A stretch of DNA of 64,000 bases from Bacillota bacterium. GTDB lineage: Bacteria > Bacillota > Sulfobacillia > JACIYH01. Made by a program: the position numbers and the translations under genes. Location of the stretch: the NCBI GenBank assembly GCA_030019365.1, contig JASEFA010000001.1, positions 398,953 to 462,952 on the forward strand, written 5' to 3'. The notes under the pieces are model-generated. The model saw only the letters and a program-made list of their open reading frames with translations. It searched no databases and had not been told where the DNA came from. Shown here in pieces: positions 17,938 to 27,873 of the stretch (its first letter is position 1; every line of letters starts with the position of its first letter).

Positions 17938-19007
17938 CACCACTCACCTCCCCGGCCTTCCCGGATCATCTTCAAGCAGTCCATCACTTCCTGGGGGGTG
18001 GGCACAGCGCCGCCCGTGCGCCCGAAGAAGTAGACCGGCCGCCGCCCCTCCACGGCCAGGCGCACGTCCTCCACCATCTGCCCCGCTGACATCTCCACGG
18101 TGAGGAAGGCCCGGGCCCGCCCCACCACCCGTTCGATGGCAGCGCGGGGGAAAGGCCACAGGGTAATGGGCCGCACCATCCCGACCCGCAACCCGTCCGC
18201 CACGGCCCGCGCCATCGCCGCCCGGCAGATGCGGGAGCTGGTTCCGTAAGCCACCAGGAAGTATTCGGCCTCGGGATCGACCAGTTCGTACCTGACTTCC
18301 CGCAGCTCCATCTCCCGGTACTTCTGCAGCAGGTGCTGATTGTGACGCTCGCACGCCTCGGCTTCGATGTAGAGGGAATTGATGATGTTGGGCCGGTCCC
18401 GCCCCGGGGTTCCCGTGGTGGCCCACGGCTTGGGAGACAGCGAAGGCGGCGGGCCTTCGGGAAAGCGTACCGGCTCCATCATCTGCCCCATCATCCCGTC
18501 CCCGAGCACCACCACCGGGTTGCGGTAGCGGTCGGCCAGATCAAAGGCCAGCATGGTGAGCTCCACGGCTTCCTGGATGCCGCCCGGCCCCAGTACGATG
18601 GTGCGGTAGTCGCCGTGCCCCCCTCCCCGGGTGGCCTGGAAGTAGTCGGACTGAGCGGGCTGGATGCTCCCCAGCCCCGGCCCTCCCCGCACCATGTTAA
18701 CGATCACCCCCGGTACCTCCGCCCCGGCCAGGTAGGAAATACCTTCCTGCTTCAGGCTTATCCCCGGCGAAGACGAGGAGGTCATCGCCCTTGCCCCCGC
18801 CGATCCCGCCCCGTACACCATGTTGATGGCCGCGATTTCCGACTCCGACTGGATGAAGGTACCTCCCGCCTCGGGCATGCGCCTGGCCATGTACTCGCAC
18901 AGTTCATTCTGGGGGGTGATGGGATAGCCGGCATAAAAGCGGCACCCGGCCCGGATGGCCGCCTCCGCAATGGCCTCGTTTCCCTTCATAAGTGCCAGTT
19001 CTGCCAC
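17937..19007 (-). CDS. 2-oxoacid (2-ketoisovalerate, VorB-type):ferredoxin oxidoreductase alpha subunit
   Basis: GYPITPQ, QSESEIAA, TSSSSPGISLKQE, RGGPGLG, GGGHGDY. Confidence 0.93.
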   Translation of the reverse strand: MAELALMKGNEAIAEAAIRAGCRFYAGYPITPQNELCEYMARRMPEAGGTFIQSESEIAAINMVYGAGSAGARAMTSSSSPGISLKQEGISYLAGAEVPGVIVNMVRGGPGLGSIQPAQSDYFQATRGGGHGDYRTIVLGPGGIQEAVELTMLAFDLADRYRNPVVVLGDGMMGQMMEPVRFPEGPPPSLSPKPWATTGTPGRDRPNIINSLYIEAEACERHNQHLLQKYREMELREVRYELVDPEAEYFLVAYGTSSRICRAAMARAVADGLRVGMVRPITLWPFPRAAIERVVGRARAFLTVEMSAGQMVEDVRLAVEGRRPVYFFGRTGGAVPTPQEVMDCLKMIREGRGGEW

Positions 19008-19020
19008 GGTCTCGCCCCCC

Positions 19021-19236
19021 TCACCGGTATACCTCGATCACGACGTCCGGACACATGAGAGCACATATCCGGCAACTGGTGCAGCGCTCCTGCTCCACCA
19101 CTTCGGCCGGATGATATCCCGACGGGTTGATGCGGTCGGGCGCCAGCCGGATGATCTTCTGCGGGCAAAAGTGGACGCAGAGCTCGCAGGCTTTGCATCT
19201 CTCCTCCGCAAAAACCACCCTCTTTTCCGTAGCCAT
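19021..19236 (-). CDS. 2x[4Fe-4S] ferredoxin (oxidoreductase delta subunit)
   Basis: CKACELCVHFCP and CTSCRICALMCP. Confidence 0.93.
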   Translation of the reverse strand: MATEKRVVFAEERCKACELCVHFCPQKIIRLAPDRINPSGYHPAEVVEQERCTSCRICALMCPDVVIEVYR

Positions 19237-19243
19237 CGCCTCC

Positions 19244-19936
19244 TCATTCCCACGGCAGCAAGAGGTATCGCCGCAGGGGAAAAACTTCCCGCGCCACCAT
19301 CTTCTCCACCCGGTGGGCAATGTCCTGTAAGGCGGCCAGCATCACCACGGGCAGCCCGAGCAGGGAGGCGGCCTGTTCCACGAGGCGGTGGCCCCGCTCG
19401 ACAACCGGCGGCGTGGTTTCCCCGCCCAGGTGGGGATTGGACACCACGCCGGTGGGCTGCAGCCTGCTGCTGCCGGTCACCTCCCGGGCAAGGGCAGCCA
19501 TTCCCGCGGGAGACCCGCATCCGGGGCGATACGGGTTGAGCACTACCCAGATGTGGCAGCTGTCCGCGAGCAGAGGCCGCAGCGACCCCAGTACCCGGGC
19601 CCCGGTGTCGCCTCCCCCCACGTCCACCACTCCCGGCCCGCCGCCGCGCAGGAGCCCACTCAACCCCGGCGGCAGGACGGGCAGATCGCCCTCCCCCCAG
19701 GCGGGATCGGGGGCAACCACCCGCACTCCCTCCCGTTCCAGCTCCTCCCGCACCTCCCGGGCGCGGAAGTAAGGAGTCACCAGGTCCAGGTCGGCCAGCC
19801 AGATCCCTCCCTGCCCGCCCACCTCCTGGTGCGTGCCGCCCGTGGCCCGGGCCAGGCGGACGGAGTAGTTGACGGAGATCTCGGTCTTGCCGCTACCGTA
19901 TGGGCCCAGGAACAGGGTTACACCGTCGCGTCTCAT
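19244..19936 (-). CDS. P-loop ATP-binding protein associated with 2-oxoacid oxidoreductase operons
   Basis: GPYGSGKT, DLDLVTPYFR, DVGG...GARVL, NPYRP. Confidence 0.8.
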   Translation of the reverse strand: MRRDGVTLFLGPYGSGKTEISVNYSVRLARATGGTHQEVGGQGGIWLADLDLVTPYFRAREVREELEREGVRVVAPDPAWGEGDLPVLPPGLSGLLRGGGPGVVDVGGGDTGARVLGSLRPLLADSCHIWVVLNPYRPGCGSPAGMAALAREVTGSSRLQPTGVVSNPHLGGETTPPVVERGHRLVEQAASLLGLPVVMLAALQDIAHRVEKMVAREVFPLRRYLLLPWE

Positions 19937-19939
19937 CCC

Positions 19940-21013
19940 CTACCGCTCCGGCAGGTATATACGGTGCAGGCGACGGATGGCGGCGATGCGGTCTTCGGCC
20001 ACCCGATCGGCGGCCAGGAAGGTGGGCATCCTCTCGTCCCGGGCCACGGTGAAGATCTGCCACAGCTTGTCATATATGCCAGCTATCCTGGCAAAGGCCC
20101 GGTCGCGGTTGTAACCTCCCTCCTCGAACTCGTCGCTGACGTTGGTGACCCCACCGCCGTTGATGACGAAGTCGGGGGCGTAGAGGATGCCGCGCTCCTC
20201 CAGAGCATGGCCGTGACGGGGCTCGGCCAGCTGGTTGTTGGCGGACCCGGCGATCACCCGGCAGCGGAGTCTCATCACGGTGTCGTCGTTGATGACCGCC
20301 CCCAGGGCGCAGGGAGCGAAGATGTCGCAGGCCACGTCGTAGATGGCGTCAGGGTCCACCACCTCACCTCCCAACTCGGCCCCCAGGGCGCGCGCCCGCT
20401 CGGAGTCCACATCGGTGACGATCAGGCGGGCGCCCTCGTCCCGCAGGTGACGGGCCAGCACCGCCCCCACCTTCCCCACCCCCTGAACGGCCACCCTCTT
20501 ACCGCGCAGGGACTCTGATCCCCACACCCAGCGGGCGCAGGCTTTCATGCCCCGCCACACCCCGAAGGCGGTGGCGGGAGAAGGATCTCCGGACTTCTCG
20601 CCCAGGCCGGCGACGTAGGGCGTCTCGTACCGGACCACGGCCATATCCTGCACTGTGGTTCCCACGTCTTCAGCGGTGATGTATCGGCCGGCCAGGGTGT
20701 GGACGAAACGACCGAAGGCCCGCAGCAGCACCTCGGTCTTGTCCCGGCGGGGGTCTGCCATGATCACCGCCTTCCCCCCGCCCAGGTTGAGTCCCATGGC
20801 TGCGTTCTTGTACGTCATGCCGCGGGAGAGGCGCAGCACATCCCGCAGGGCTTCCTCCTCGCTGGCGTATGGCCACATCCGGCAGCCCCCCAGGGCGGGT
20901 CCCAGAGAGGTGTCGTGGATGGCGATGATGCTCTTGAGCCCCGACGCCTCGTCGTAGCAGAATACCACCTGCTCGTGCCCATACTGGTCCATGGACTCGA
21001 ACACTTCCATCAT
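19940..21013 (-). CDS. Leucine dehydrogenase (Glu/Leu/Phe/Val family)
   Basis: [44 protein letters not shown]. Confidence 0.93.
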   Translation of the reverse strand: MMEVFESMDQYGHEQVVFCYDEASGLKSIIAIHDTSLGPALGGCRMWPYASEEEALRDVLRLSRGMTYKNAAMGLNLGGGKAVIMADPRRDKTEVLLRAFGRFVHTLAGRYITAEDVGTTVQDMAVVRYETPYVAGLGEKSGDPSPATAFGVWRGMKACARWVWGSESLRGKRVAVQGVGKVGAVLARHLRDEGARLIVTDVDSERARALGAELGGEVVDPDAIYDVACDIFAPCALGAVINDDTVMRLRCRVIAGSANNQLAEPRHGHALEERGILYAPDFVINGGGVTNVSDEFEEGGYNRDRAFARIAGIYDKLWQIFTVARDERMPTFLAADRVAEDRIAAIRRLHRIYLPER

Positions 21014-21026
21014 GCTACCCCCATTC

Positions 21027-22109
21027 TCATCTGGATACAGCCCGGGGCACCAGAATGTGGCCCAGAGTCCCCAGAGCCCGGAGCCTGCGTTCCACGTGGA
21101 TGTTGGCCGCCCGGGCGGGGGAGATGTCCTGCTCCCGGGCGATCCGGAACACCTCCAGCAGCTGATCGTAGATGGCCGCCGCCTTCCGCAGGGCGCGCTC
21201 GCGGTTGTATCCGCCCAGCTCGTCGGCCGCCTGGATCACGCCCCCCGCGTTGATGATGAAGTCGGGGGCGTAGAGAATCCCCCGCTCCTTGAGCATGTCG
21301 GCATGGCGCAGCTCTTCCAGCTGGTTGTTGGCCGCTCCGGCCACCACCCGGCAGCGCAACCTGGGGATGGTGCGGTCGTTCATCACTCCCCCCAGGGCGT
21401 TGGGAGAGAAAATGTCGCATTCCACATCGTAGATATCTTCTTGGCTCACCTTCTCCATGGGTATGCGGGCGGCGACCTCGTCCAGGCGGGCCCGGTTGGC
21501 ATCGCAGGCGATGAGGCGGGCACCCTCTTCGCGGAGGTGGCGGGCCAGGTGCCCACCCACCTTACCCACCCCCTGCAGGGCAACGGTCAAACCCTTGAGC
21601 GAGTCGCTACCGAAGGCCACCCGGGCGCAGGCTTTCATGCCCTTCCACACGGCGAACGCAGTGGTGAGGGAGGTATCGCCGCTTCCGCCGTATTCCTCCG
21701 GCAGCGCCACCACGTAACGGGTTTCCGCCGCCGCCCACACGAAGTCCGAGGAAACGGTACCCACGTCCGTACCGGTGATGACACGGCCGCCGAAGCCCTG
21801 CACGAAGCGTCCCACGGCCCGGAAGAGGGCCTCGCTCTTGTCCCGGGCGGGATCACCCCATATGACGCACTTGCCGCCCCCGTAGTTCAGGCCGGCGGCG
21901 GCGTTCTTCTCCGTCATCCCCCGGGAGAGGCGCAGGGCGTCGCGCACGACATCTTCCTCTCGCCCGTAGTTCCACATGCGGCAGCCCCCCAGGGCGGGCC
22001 CGATGGTGGTGTTGTGGACGGCGATGACCGCTCGCAATCCTGACCCGGGCTCCCGGCAAAAGGCAAGCTGCTCGTGACCCGCCTCGGCCATGGCTTCAAA
22101 GATGCCCAT
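21027..22109 (-). CDS. Glu/Leu/Phe/Val dehydrogenase paralog (PheDH-like signature)
   Basis: [43 protein letters not shown]. Confidence 0.9.
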   Translation of the reverse strand: MGIFEAMAEAGHEQLAFCREPGSGLRAVIAVHNTTIGPALGGCRMWNYGREEDVVRDALRLSRGMTEKNAAAGLNYGGGKCVIWGDPARDKSEALFRAVGRFVQGFGGRVITGTDVGTVSSDFVWAAAETRYVVALPEEYGGSGDTSLTTAFAVWKGMKACARVAFGSDSLKGLTVALQGVGKVGGHLARHLREEGARLIACDANRARLDEVAARIPMEKVSQEDIYDVECDIFSPNALGGVMNDRTIPRLRCRVVAGAANNQLEELRHADMLKERGILYAPDFIINAGGVIQAADELGGYNRERALRKAAAIYDQLLEVFRIAREQDISPARAANIHVERRLRALGTLGHILVPRAVSR

Positions 22110-22113
22110 GAAA

Positions 22114-22218
22114 TCACCTCCGCCCAACATAAAAAGCCGCCCCCTGCGGGAACGGCTCTCGCGGTATGCGCTGACCCCGGGTGCGGATCGCGACCAGGGG
22201 CAACAGCACAGGGAGCAA
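22114..22218 (-). CDS. Candidate Leu/Val/Ile-rich leader peptide (34 aa)
   Basis: AAAAGGAG 10 nt before TTG; (M)LPVLLPLVAIRTRGQRIPREPFPQGAAFYVGRR*; spans a terminator; stop lies in the RBS of the next gene. Confidence 0.45.
   Translation of the reverse strand: MLPVLLPLVAIRTRGQRIPREPFPQGAAFYVGRR
22130..22159 (-). terminator. Intrinsic terminator just upstream of the dehydrogenase RBS
   Basis: AGCCGTTCC/GGGGCGGCT stem followed by TTTTATGTT. Confidence 0.75.
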
Positions 22219-22256
22219 GCGGCATCCGCTCCTTTTGCCTTCTGGACCGCCTATAT

Positions 22257-22284
22257 ATTCTCCGAACGGCGGGTATTTCCCTTC
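22257..22284 (-). promoter_or_regulatory. Putative sigma-H promoter of the dehydrogenase/oxidoreductase operon
   Basis: GAAGGGAAAT-N14-GAAT. Confidence 0.5.
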
Positions 22285-22395
22285 TGGTTCCCGCGCCTTC
22301 TCCCGGCGTGGGCACGCTGGAGGCACGGCGGGGTACGAGCCGGCGCGCGCCGGTGCGCGGGTCGTGCGGTGCGACGAACGGACGAGAACAGGCGG

Positions 22396-23151
22396 CTAGC
22401 CAGCCTGCAGCGAGATGCGCATGCGGTCTGCCACCATGGCGATGAACTGGGCGTTGGTGGGCTTGCCTTTGTCGCGGCTCACCGTGTAGCCGAACATCTC
22501 CTCGATGGCCTCCAGGTTTCCCCGGTTCCACGCCACCTCGATGGCATGCCGGATGGCCCTCTCCACGCGCGAGGGGGTGGTGCGGTATTTCTGAGCGATG
22601 GCAGGGTAAAGGCTCTTGGTCACCGCGTTTATGAGTTCCAAGTCTTCAATGACCATCAGGATGGCGTCCCGCAGGTAGCTGTAACCCCGGATGTGGGCGG
22701 GGATGCCCACTTCGCGGATGATCGAGGTCACCTCCGCATCCAGGCTGCGGGGGCGCGGGGCCGGGGCGGCACGGGCGGGCGTTCCCCTGGCCACCTCGCG
22801 GATGCGTGCCGCCAGCACGTCCAGGTCGAAGGGCTTGAGGACACAGTAGTCAGCGCCTAACTCAGCCGCTCTGCGGGTGACGTGCTCGTGACCGAAAGCG
22901 GTGAGGACCACCACCCGGGGCCGATGGGGGGCGTCGGCCAGTTTCTCCATCACGCCGATGCCGTCCAGATGCGGCATGATGATGTCCAGAAGCAGGACGT
23001 CGGGCCTGGCTTCCTGGAGGGCGGCCAGCACCTGGGAACCGTTGTTCGCCACCTGCATGACCTGGAGATCCGGTTGCTGGTCTATGTACTCCCGTAACAA
23101 CTCGCAGAACTCACGATTGTCGTCGGCGATGAAGACTTTGATCTTCTCCAC
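22396..23151 (-). CDS. spo0A: Sporulation master regulator Spo0A
   Basis: Receiver domain [48 protein letters not shown]. Confidence 0.98.
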   Translation of the reverse strand: MEKIKVFIADDNREFCELLREYIDQQPDLQVMQVANNGSQVLAALQEARPDVLLLDIIMPHLDGIGVMEKLADAPHRPRVVVLTAFGHEHVTRRAAELGADYCVLKPFDLDVLAARIREVARGTPARAAPAPRPRSLDAEVTSIIREVGIPAHIRGYSYLRDAILMVIEDLELINAVTKSLYPAIAQKYRTTPSRVERAIRHAIEVAWNRGNLEAIEEMFGYTVSRDKGKPTNAQFIAMVADRMRISLQAG

Positions 23152-23204
23152 GAGAGGGCCTCCTTTCAAACAGCGCCCTCATCAATTCGCCGCCGCGGGC
23201 GTCA

Positions 23205-23237
23205 ATTCCTACTTATTCCAGGAAAAACCTTTCGTCA
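23205..23237 (-). promoter_or_regulatory. spo0A promoter: sigma-H-like elements with an overlapping 0A box
   Basis: TGACGAA (TGNCGAA) at 23231-23237; AAGGTTTT...GGAAT. Confidence 0.55.
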
Positions 23238-23265
23238 CGAGACGACAGGATCCGGGACGCGGGTC

Positions 23266-24624
23266 TCAGGGGGCGCGGACGGCAGCGGTCCCGGCCATCT
23301 CCTCCCACATCCACTGGGCCAGCACTCCGTACCCGCGGGCGGGATCGTTGACGAAGACGTGGGTGACCGCTCCCACCAGGCGCCCGTCCTGGATGACGGG
23401 ACTGCCGCTCATGCCCTGGACGATCCCGCCCGTCAGCTGGCGCAGGCGGGGGTCGGTGATGCGTACCACCATCCCCTTACCCTCGTAGCGCCGGTCCACC
23501 CACACCTTCTGGATCTGCGCCTGGAAGGACTCAATGGTCTGGTCGTCCACCACGGTCAGGACCTGGGCCGGTCCCTCACGTACGGTGGCGGCCGCAGCCA
23601 GGGGCACGGGGCCGGGGTAAAGGGAATTGCTGAGGGAGCGGGTCAGGGTGCCCACGATACCGCATCCGGTGTTCCGTTCGATGCGGCCCAGAACGTCCAG
23701 TTCGGGGAGGAAGACGCCCACCTTCTCACCGGGCTGGCCCCGCCGGCCCTCGTGCACGGCCACGATCCCGGCCAGCACGATGTGGCCCTCCTCCAGGCGC
23801 ACGGGCCGTCCCGTTTCCGTGTCTGTCACCAGGTGTCCCAGGGCGGCAAAACGCATGGTGATGGGATCCCACATGGTGAGGGTACCCACTCCCGCCGTGC
23901 CGTCCCGCACGGCCAGGCCGATGCGGTAGGTACCGTCCGGCAGGCCCACCGGGGTCACGCTCACCTTGAAATGGCGGTCGTCTCGCTCCACTTCCAGCTC
24001 CAGGGGTTGCCCGCTCTCTCCCGCCCGCTCCACACAGCGCACCAGGTCTGCCTCATCACGAACCGGCAGGCCTCCCGCACTCAGGATGATGTCGCCGGGC
24101 AGGATACCGGCTTCCTGAGCGGGCGAACGCAGTCCCGCCACCGTGCGCACCGGCCTGAGGCCCGTGACCACCACGCCCCGGCTGGAAACCACCACGCCGA
24201 TGGACTGGCCCCCCACCATCACCCTGGTGTCGGGCATTATACTCACCAGAACCGAGCGCACCGGCAACACGCCCAGGAGGCGGAACTCCAGGCGAGCCTT
24301 TCCTTCGCCCCGGGGATCGAGGGTGAGCCGGGAGCCACCTGTCAGCCAGGCGGCCATGCTCTGGGGATGGCTGGCGGTACCCCGCACCTGACCCGGAGAG
24401 TCCAGGTAGCCCCATACCCCCGGGGGCAGGCGCAGGTCGTGGGGCTGCCCGGCTACCAGGTCCAGCTCGTCAGGCAACTCGGCCAGCGGGCGGACGGCAA
24501 AGCCGGCCAGCGTGAACACGAAAAGGGCAAACAGGATGAAGCTCTTCTCCAGCACGCGGCGTTCTTTCGCCATGCAATGCTCTTTCGCCCCGCGGCGATC
24601 TTCCGCCGTCGCTCCTTTTGCCAT
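23266..24624 (-). CDS. spoIVB: SpoIVB serine peptidase (PDZ + S55)
   Basis: GGQSIG, RDGTAGVGTLT, ALGH, TGGIVQGMSGSP, GAVTHVFVNDP. Confidence 0.96.
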   Translation of the reverse strand: MAKGATAEDRRGAKEHCMAKERRVLEKSFILFALFVFTLAGFAVRPLAELPDELDLVAGQPHDLRLPPGVWGYLDSPGQVRGTASHPQSMAAWLTGGSRLTLDPRGEGKARLEFRLLGVLPVRSVLVSIMPDTRVMVGGQSIGVVVSSRGVVVTGLRPVRTVAGLRSPAQEAGILPGDIILSAGGLPVRDEADLVRCVERAGESGQPLELEVERDDRHFKVSVTPVGLPDGTYRIGLAVRDGTAGVGTLTMWDPITMRFAALGHLVTDTETGRPVRLEEGHIVLAGIVAVHEGRRGQPGEKVGVFLPELDVLGRIERNTGCGIVGTLTRSLSNSLYPGPVPLAAAATVREGPAQVLTVVDDQTIESFQAQIQKVWVDRRYEGKGMVVRITDPRLRQLTGGIVQGMSGSPVIQDGRLVGAVTHVFVNDPARGYGVLAQWMWEEMAGTAAVRAP

Positions 24625-24740
24625 GGCGGCGACCTCCCGGAACCGGCAAATTCCGCTTGGAGGCGGCTGCGGTCCGGCTTAAGGTTGCCGCGCGCACACG
24701 CACATATGAAAACAGCTTATCCCTGCGGGCCCGCTTCCTG

Positions 24741-26477
24741 TTATCCCTGCGGAGCCGCTTCCTGCCCGTGCGGCGCGGCTTCCTGGCGCAGGCGGCGGGC
24801 GTGATCGAGGGCTTCCCTGGTAATGCGGGCTCCCCCCACCATGCGCGCCAGTTCCTGGACGCGCAGGTCTTCGTCTACCAACACCTCAACTTCGACGTCT
24901 GCGCGTCCGTCGCGAACGGTCTTGTGTACGACCAGGTGATGACGGGCAAATGCGGCCACGGGCGCCAGGTGGGTGACCACCACCACCTGCCGGTGCCGGG
25001 CCACCCGGGCTAGCTTGACTCCCAGCACGTGGGCCGCGTGCCCCCCGATACCGGCGTCCACCTCGTCGAATACCAGGGTGGGTATGCCGTCCAGGTCGGC
25101 CAGGACGGTCTTCAAAGCCAGCATCACCCGGGCTAGCTCTCCCCCCGAAGCCACTCTCTCCAGGGGACGGGGGGGATCGCCCGGGTTGGCGGTGAACAGG
25201 AACTCCACCTGGTCCACACCGTGGGGGCCAATGGCCAACCACCGCCCCGCACAGGGGAGCCCGCCCGGGTCCTCCCGCTGCTCCACCCCCACGACGAACC
25301 GGGCCGAGGCCATGGCGAGCTCCTGCAGCTCGGCGGTAACGCGCTCGGCAAGTCCGGTGGCTGCCTGGGCGCGTGCGGACGAAAGCTGGTCCGCCAGGGC
25401 CACCAGGCGGGCCTCCACCGCACCCAATTCCCGCTCCAGCTCCCGGGCGGACTCATCCCCGTGCAGGAGGGCATCCCTCTGCCTGGCCGCCTCCTGGCGA
25501 AAAGCCAGGATGCCGGCTACCGTGTCGGCGTATTTGCGTTTCAACGTGTCTATGGCCGCCAGGCGCGCCTCTACCTGGGCGAGACGGGCGGGGTCCAGTT
25601 CCACCCGGTCCGCGTAGGCGGCCACCTCGCGCGCCACCTCGTCCACCGCCGCCAGCAGCTCCTCTGTTTGCGCGGCCAGGGGACGGAGGGAGTCATCCAC
25701 GCGGGAAGCCTCCGCCAGCAGGCCCGCTGCCAGCGCCAGGCGATCGTGCCCGCTCCCCTCCGCCCCTCCGTAGAGCAGATCGTAGACCTGCCGGGCGGCC
25801 CCCACCAGCTTCTCCGCTGCCGCCAGCACCTGGCGCTGCCTGAGCAACTCCTCTTCTTCCCCGTCCCGCAAACGGGCCCCGTCTATTTCCCGTATCTGAA
25901 AGTCGAGCAGGTCAAGCCGGCGAGTCCGTTCCCGGGCTGACGAACGCAGTTCTTCCAGATCCTCGCCCAATCTCTTCCAGCGCCGGTACGATTCCTCCAG
26001 ATCCTGTCTGAGGGAACCGGCTCCGGCAAAGCCGTCCAGGAAATCCAGATGGCTGGCGCGGTCCAGGAGAAGCTGGTGCTCGTGCTGGCCGTGGAGCTCC
26101 ACCAGGCTGCGGGTGAGGGACCGCACCATGGCCACCGTGGCGGGACGACCGTTGATGCGACAGGACGAACGCCCGCCCCGCTGTACCTCCCGGGTGAGCA
26201 CCAGCTCGCCCGGACTCCAACCCATTTCCCCCAGGGCGGCGGCCGCCCGCGGGTGGCGATGGGCGTCGATCTCAAACAAGGCTTCCACCAGCAGGCGGTC
26301 TTCTCCCGCGCGGATCGTCTCCGGGGAAGCCCGACCTCCCAGCACCAGCTCCAGGGCGTCAATGACGATGGACTTTCCGGCCCCCGTCTCCCCAGTGAGC
26401 ACATTGAGGCCGGCGTCCAGACTCAGCCGGACCCGGCCTATGATAGCCAGGTTCTCTATGTAAAGCTCCCTGAGCAC
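24741..26477 (-). CDS. recN: DNA repair protein RecN
   Basis: TGETGAGKS, HGQHEH, ASGGELAR, FDEVDAG. Confidence 0.97.
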   Translation of the reverse strand: MLRELYIENLAIIGRVRLSLDAGLNVLTGETGAGKSIVIDALELVLGGRASPETIRAGEDRLLVEALFEIDAHRHPRAAAALGEMGWSPGELVLTREVQRGGRSSCRINGRPATVAMVRSLTRSLVELHGQHEHQLLLDRASHLDFLDGFAGAGSLRQDLEESYRRWKRLGEDLEELRSSARERTRRLDLLDFQIREIDGARLRDGEEEELLRQRQVLAAAEKLVGAARQVYDLLYGGAEGSGHDRLALAAGLLAEASRVDDSLRPLAAQTEELLAAVDEVAREVAAYADRVELDPARLAQVEARLAAIDTLKRKYADTVAGILAFRQEAARQRDALLHGDESARELERELGAVEARLVALADQLSSARAQAATGLAERVTAELQELAMASARFVVGVEQREDPGGLPCAGRWLAIGPHGVDQVEFLFTANPGDPPRPLERVASGGELARVMLALKTVLADLDGIPTLVFDEVDAGIGGHAAHVLGVKLARVARHRQVVVVTHLAPVAAFARHHLVVHKTVRDGRADVEVEVLVDEDLRVQELARMVGGARITREALDHARRLRQEAAPHGQEAAPQG

Positions 26478-26488
26478 CGACGGTCCCC

Positions 26489-26941
26489 CTACTCGATGAG
26501 TTGCCGCAGCCGTTCCACCAGGGACTGGCCCCGTTCGCGTCCGCGGATCACCACCAGGACCGTGTTATCCCCGGCCACGGTGCCCACGATCTCCTGCCAC
26601 CGCAGGTTGTCCAGGGCCTCTCCCACGGCGGGTGCCGCCCCGCTCAGGCACTTGACCACGATCAGGTTCTCCGATACATCCAGGTCAAGCACACTGTCCC
26701 GCAGCACTCTACGCAAACGGTCGGTATGACCGGCTATCACCTGATCCTGGGGAAAGGCGTAACGCTGCCGGCCATCCCCCGTGGGCACCTTTACCAGGTT
26801 GAGATCCTTGATGTCGCGGGAAACCGTGGCCTGGGTGACGGGGATACCGAGCTTGCGCAGCTCCTGGGCCAGCTCCTCCTGAGTCTCCACAGGGCGCGCC
26901 CGGATGACCTCCAGGATTTTCATCTGGCGCCGCGCCTTCAT
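26489..26941 (-). CDS. argR: Arginine repressor
   Basis: TQEEL, VTQATVSRDIK, GTVAGDNT. Confidence 0.96.
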   Translation of the reverse strand: MKARRQMKILEVIRARPVETQEELAQELRKLGIPVTQATVSRDIKDLNLVKVPTGDGRQRYAFPQDQVIAGHTDRLRRVLRDSVLDLDVSENLIVVKCLSGAAPAVGEALDNLRWQEIVGTVAGDNTVLVVIRGRERGQSLVERLRQLIE

Positions 26942-26972
26942 GCCTCCCCTCCCAACCGGCCCGGTCAGCCTA

Positions 26973-27872
26973 TTACTTCTGCTCTCTTTCGTCATTTCCT
27001 GCTCCTGCGCCCTCTCCTTTGGGTCCCTCCTTCAGCTTGCGGCGCAACACTTCGTAGAAACTCCAACCCTTTTGCCTGATGAGCCGGGCCGTTTCCGCCG
27101 CTTTGCTCACCTCCAACTCGTCCCCCGGTTCCAGCCGGTAGCCCCGCTGCCCGTCGATGGTGAGGGCCAGTTCCCGGTGGGTGGCCCAGACCCGCACCCG
27201 CACCTGCTCGCGCTGGGAGATCACCAGGGAGCGGGCGTACAGGGTGTGGGGGCAGATGGGAGTGATGATCAGGACTTCCAGCTGAGGACTGACGATGGGG
27301 CCGCCCGCGGACAGGGAGTATGCCGTGGAGCCCGTGGGCGTGGCGATGATGAGCCCGTCCGACCAGTACACCTCCACCGGGCGCCCCCCGATCAGCAACT
27401 CCAGGCGGATCAGGCGGGCGAACACCCCCTTGGACACCACCACCTCGTTGAGGGCCAGAAAGCGGGCTGCTTCGGCGCCCGAGCGCAACACCCGGGTTTG
27501 GAGCATCATGCGCTCCTCGACCTCGTACTCGCCCGCCACGATGCGGGGCAGCACCTCCCACAACTGGGGCACTTCCACCTCGGTGAGGAATCCCAGGTGC
27601 CCCAGGTTGACACCCAGGATGGGGGTCTCCGCCTGGGCGACCGCCCGCGCCGCCTGCAGCAGGGTACCGTCCCCACCCAGGACAATCAGCAACTCCGCGT
27701 CCCGGGCCCAGGCGGGCACATCCCCGCCCAGGTCCGGGCGGGCGAGCAGGAGGGCGACCTCCCGGGGGAGCAGGACCGCAATCCCCCTGTCCTCCAGCCA
27801 CCTCACCAGGCGACGGGTGACTTCCAGGGCGCCTGGTTTCTCCAGATTGGGGTAAATGCCTGCCCGCCGCAC
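26973..27872 (-). CDS. nadK: NAD kinase
   Basis: LGGDGT, NLGHLGFL, ALNE, DG..ATPTGSTAYSLSAGGP. Confidence 0.96.
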   Translation of the reverse strand: MRRAGIYPNLEKPGALEVTRRLVRWLEDRGIAVLLPREVALLLARPDLGGDVPAWARDAELLIVLGGDGTLLQAARAVAQAETPILGVNLGHLGFLTEVEVPQLWEVLPRIVAGEYEVEERMMLQTRVLRSGAEAARFLALNEVVVSKGVFARLIRLELLIGGRPVEVYWSDGLIIATPTGSTAYSLSAGGPIVSPQLEVLIITPICPHTLYARSLVISQREQVRVRVWATHRELALTIDGQRGYRLEPGDELEVSKAAETARLIRQKGWSFYEVLRRKLKEGPKGEGAGAGNDEREQK

Positions 27873-27873
27873 C

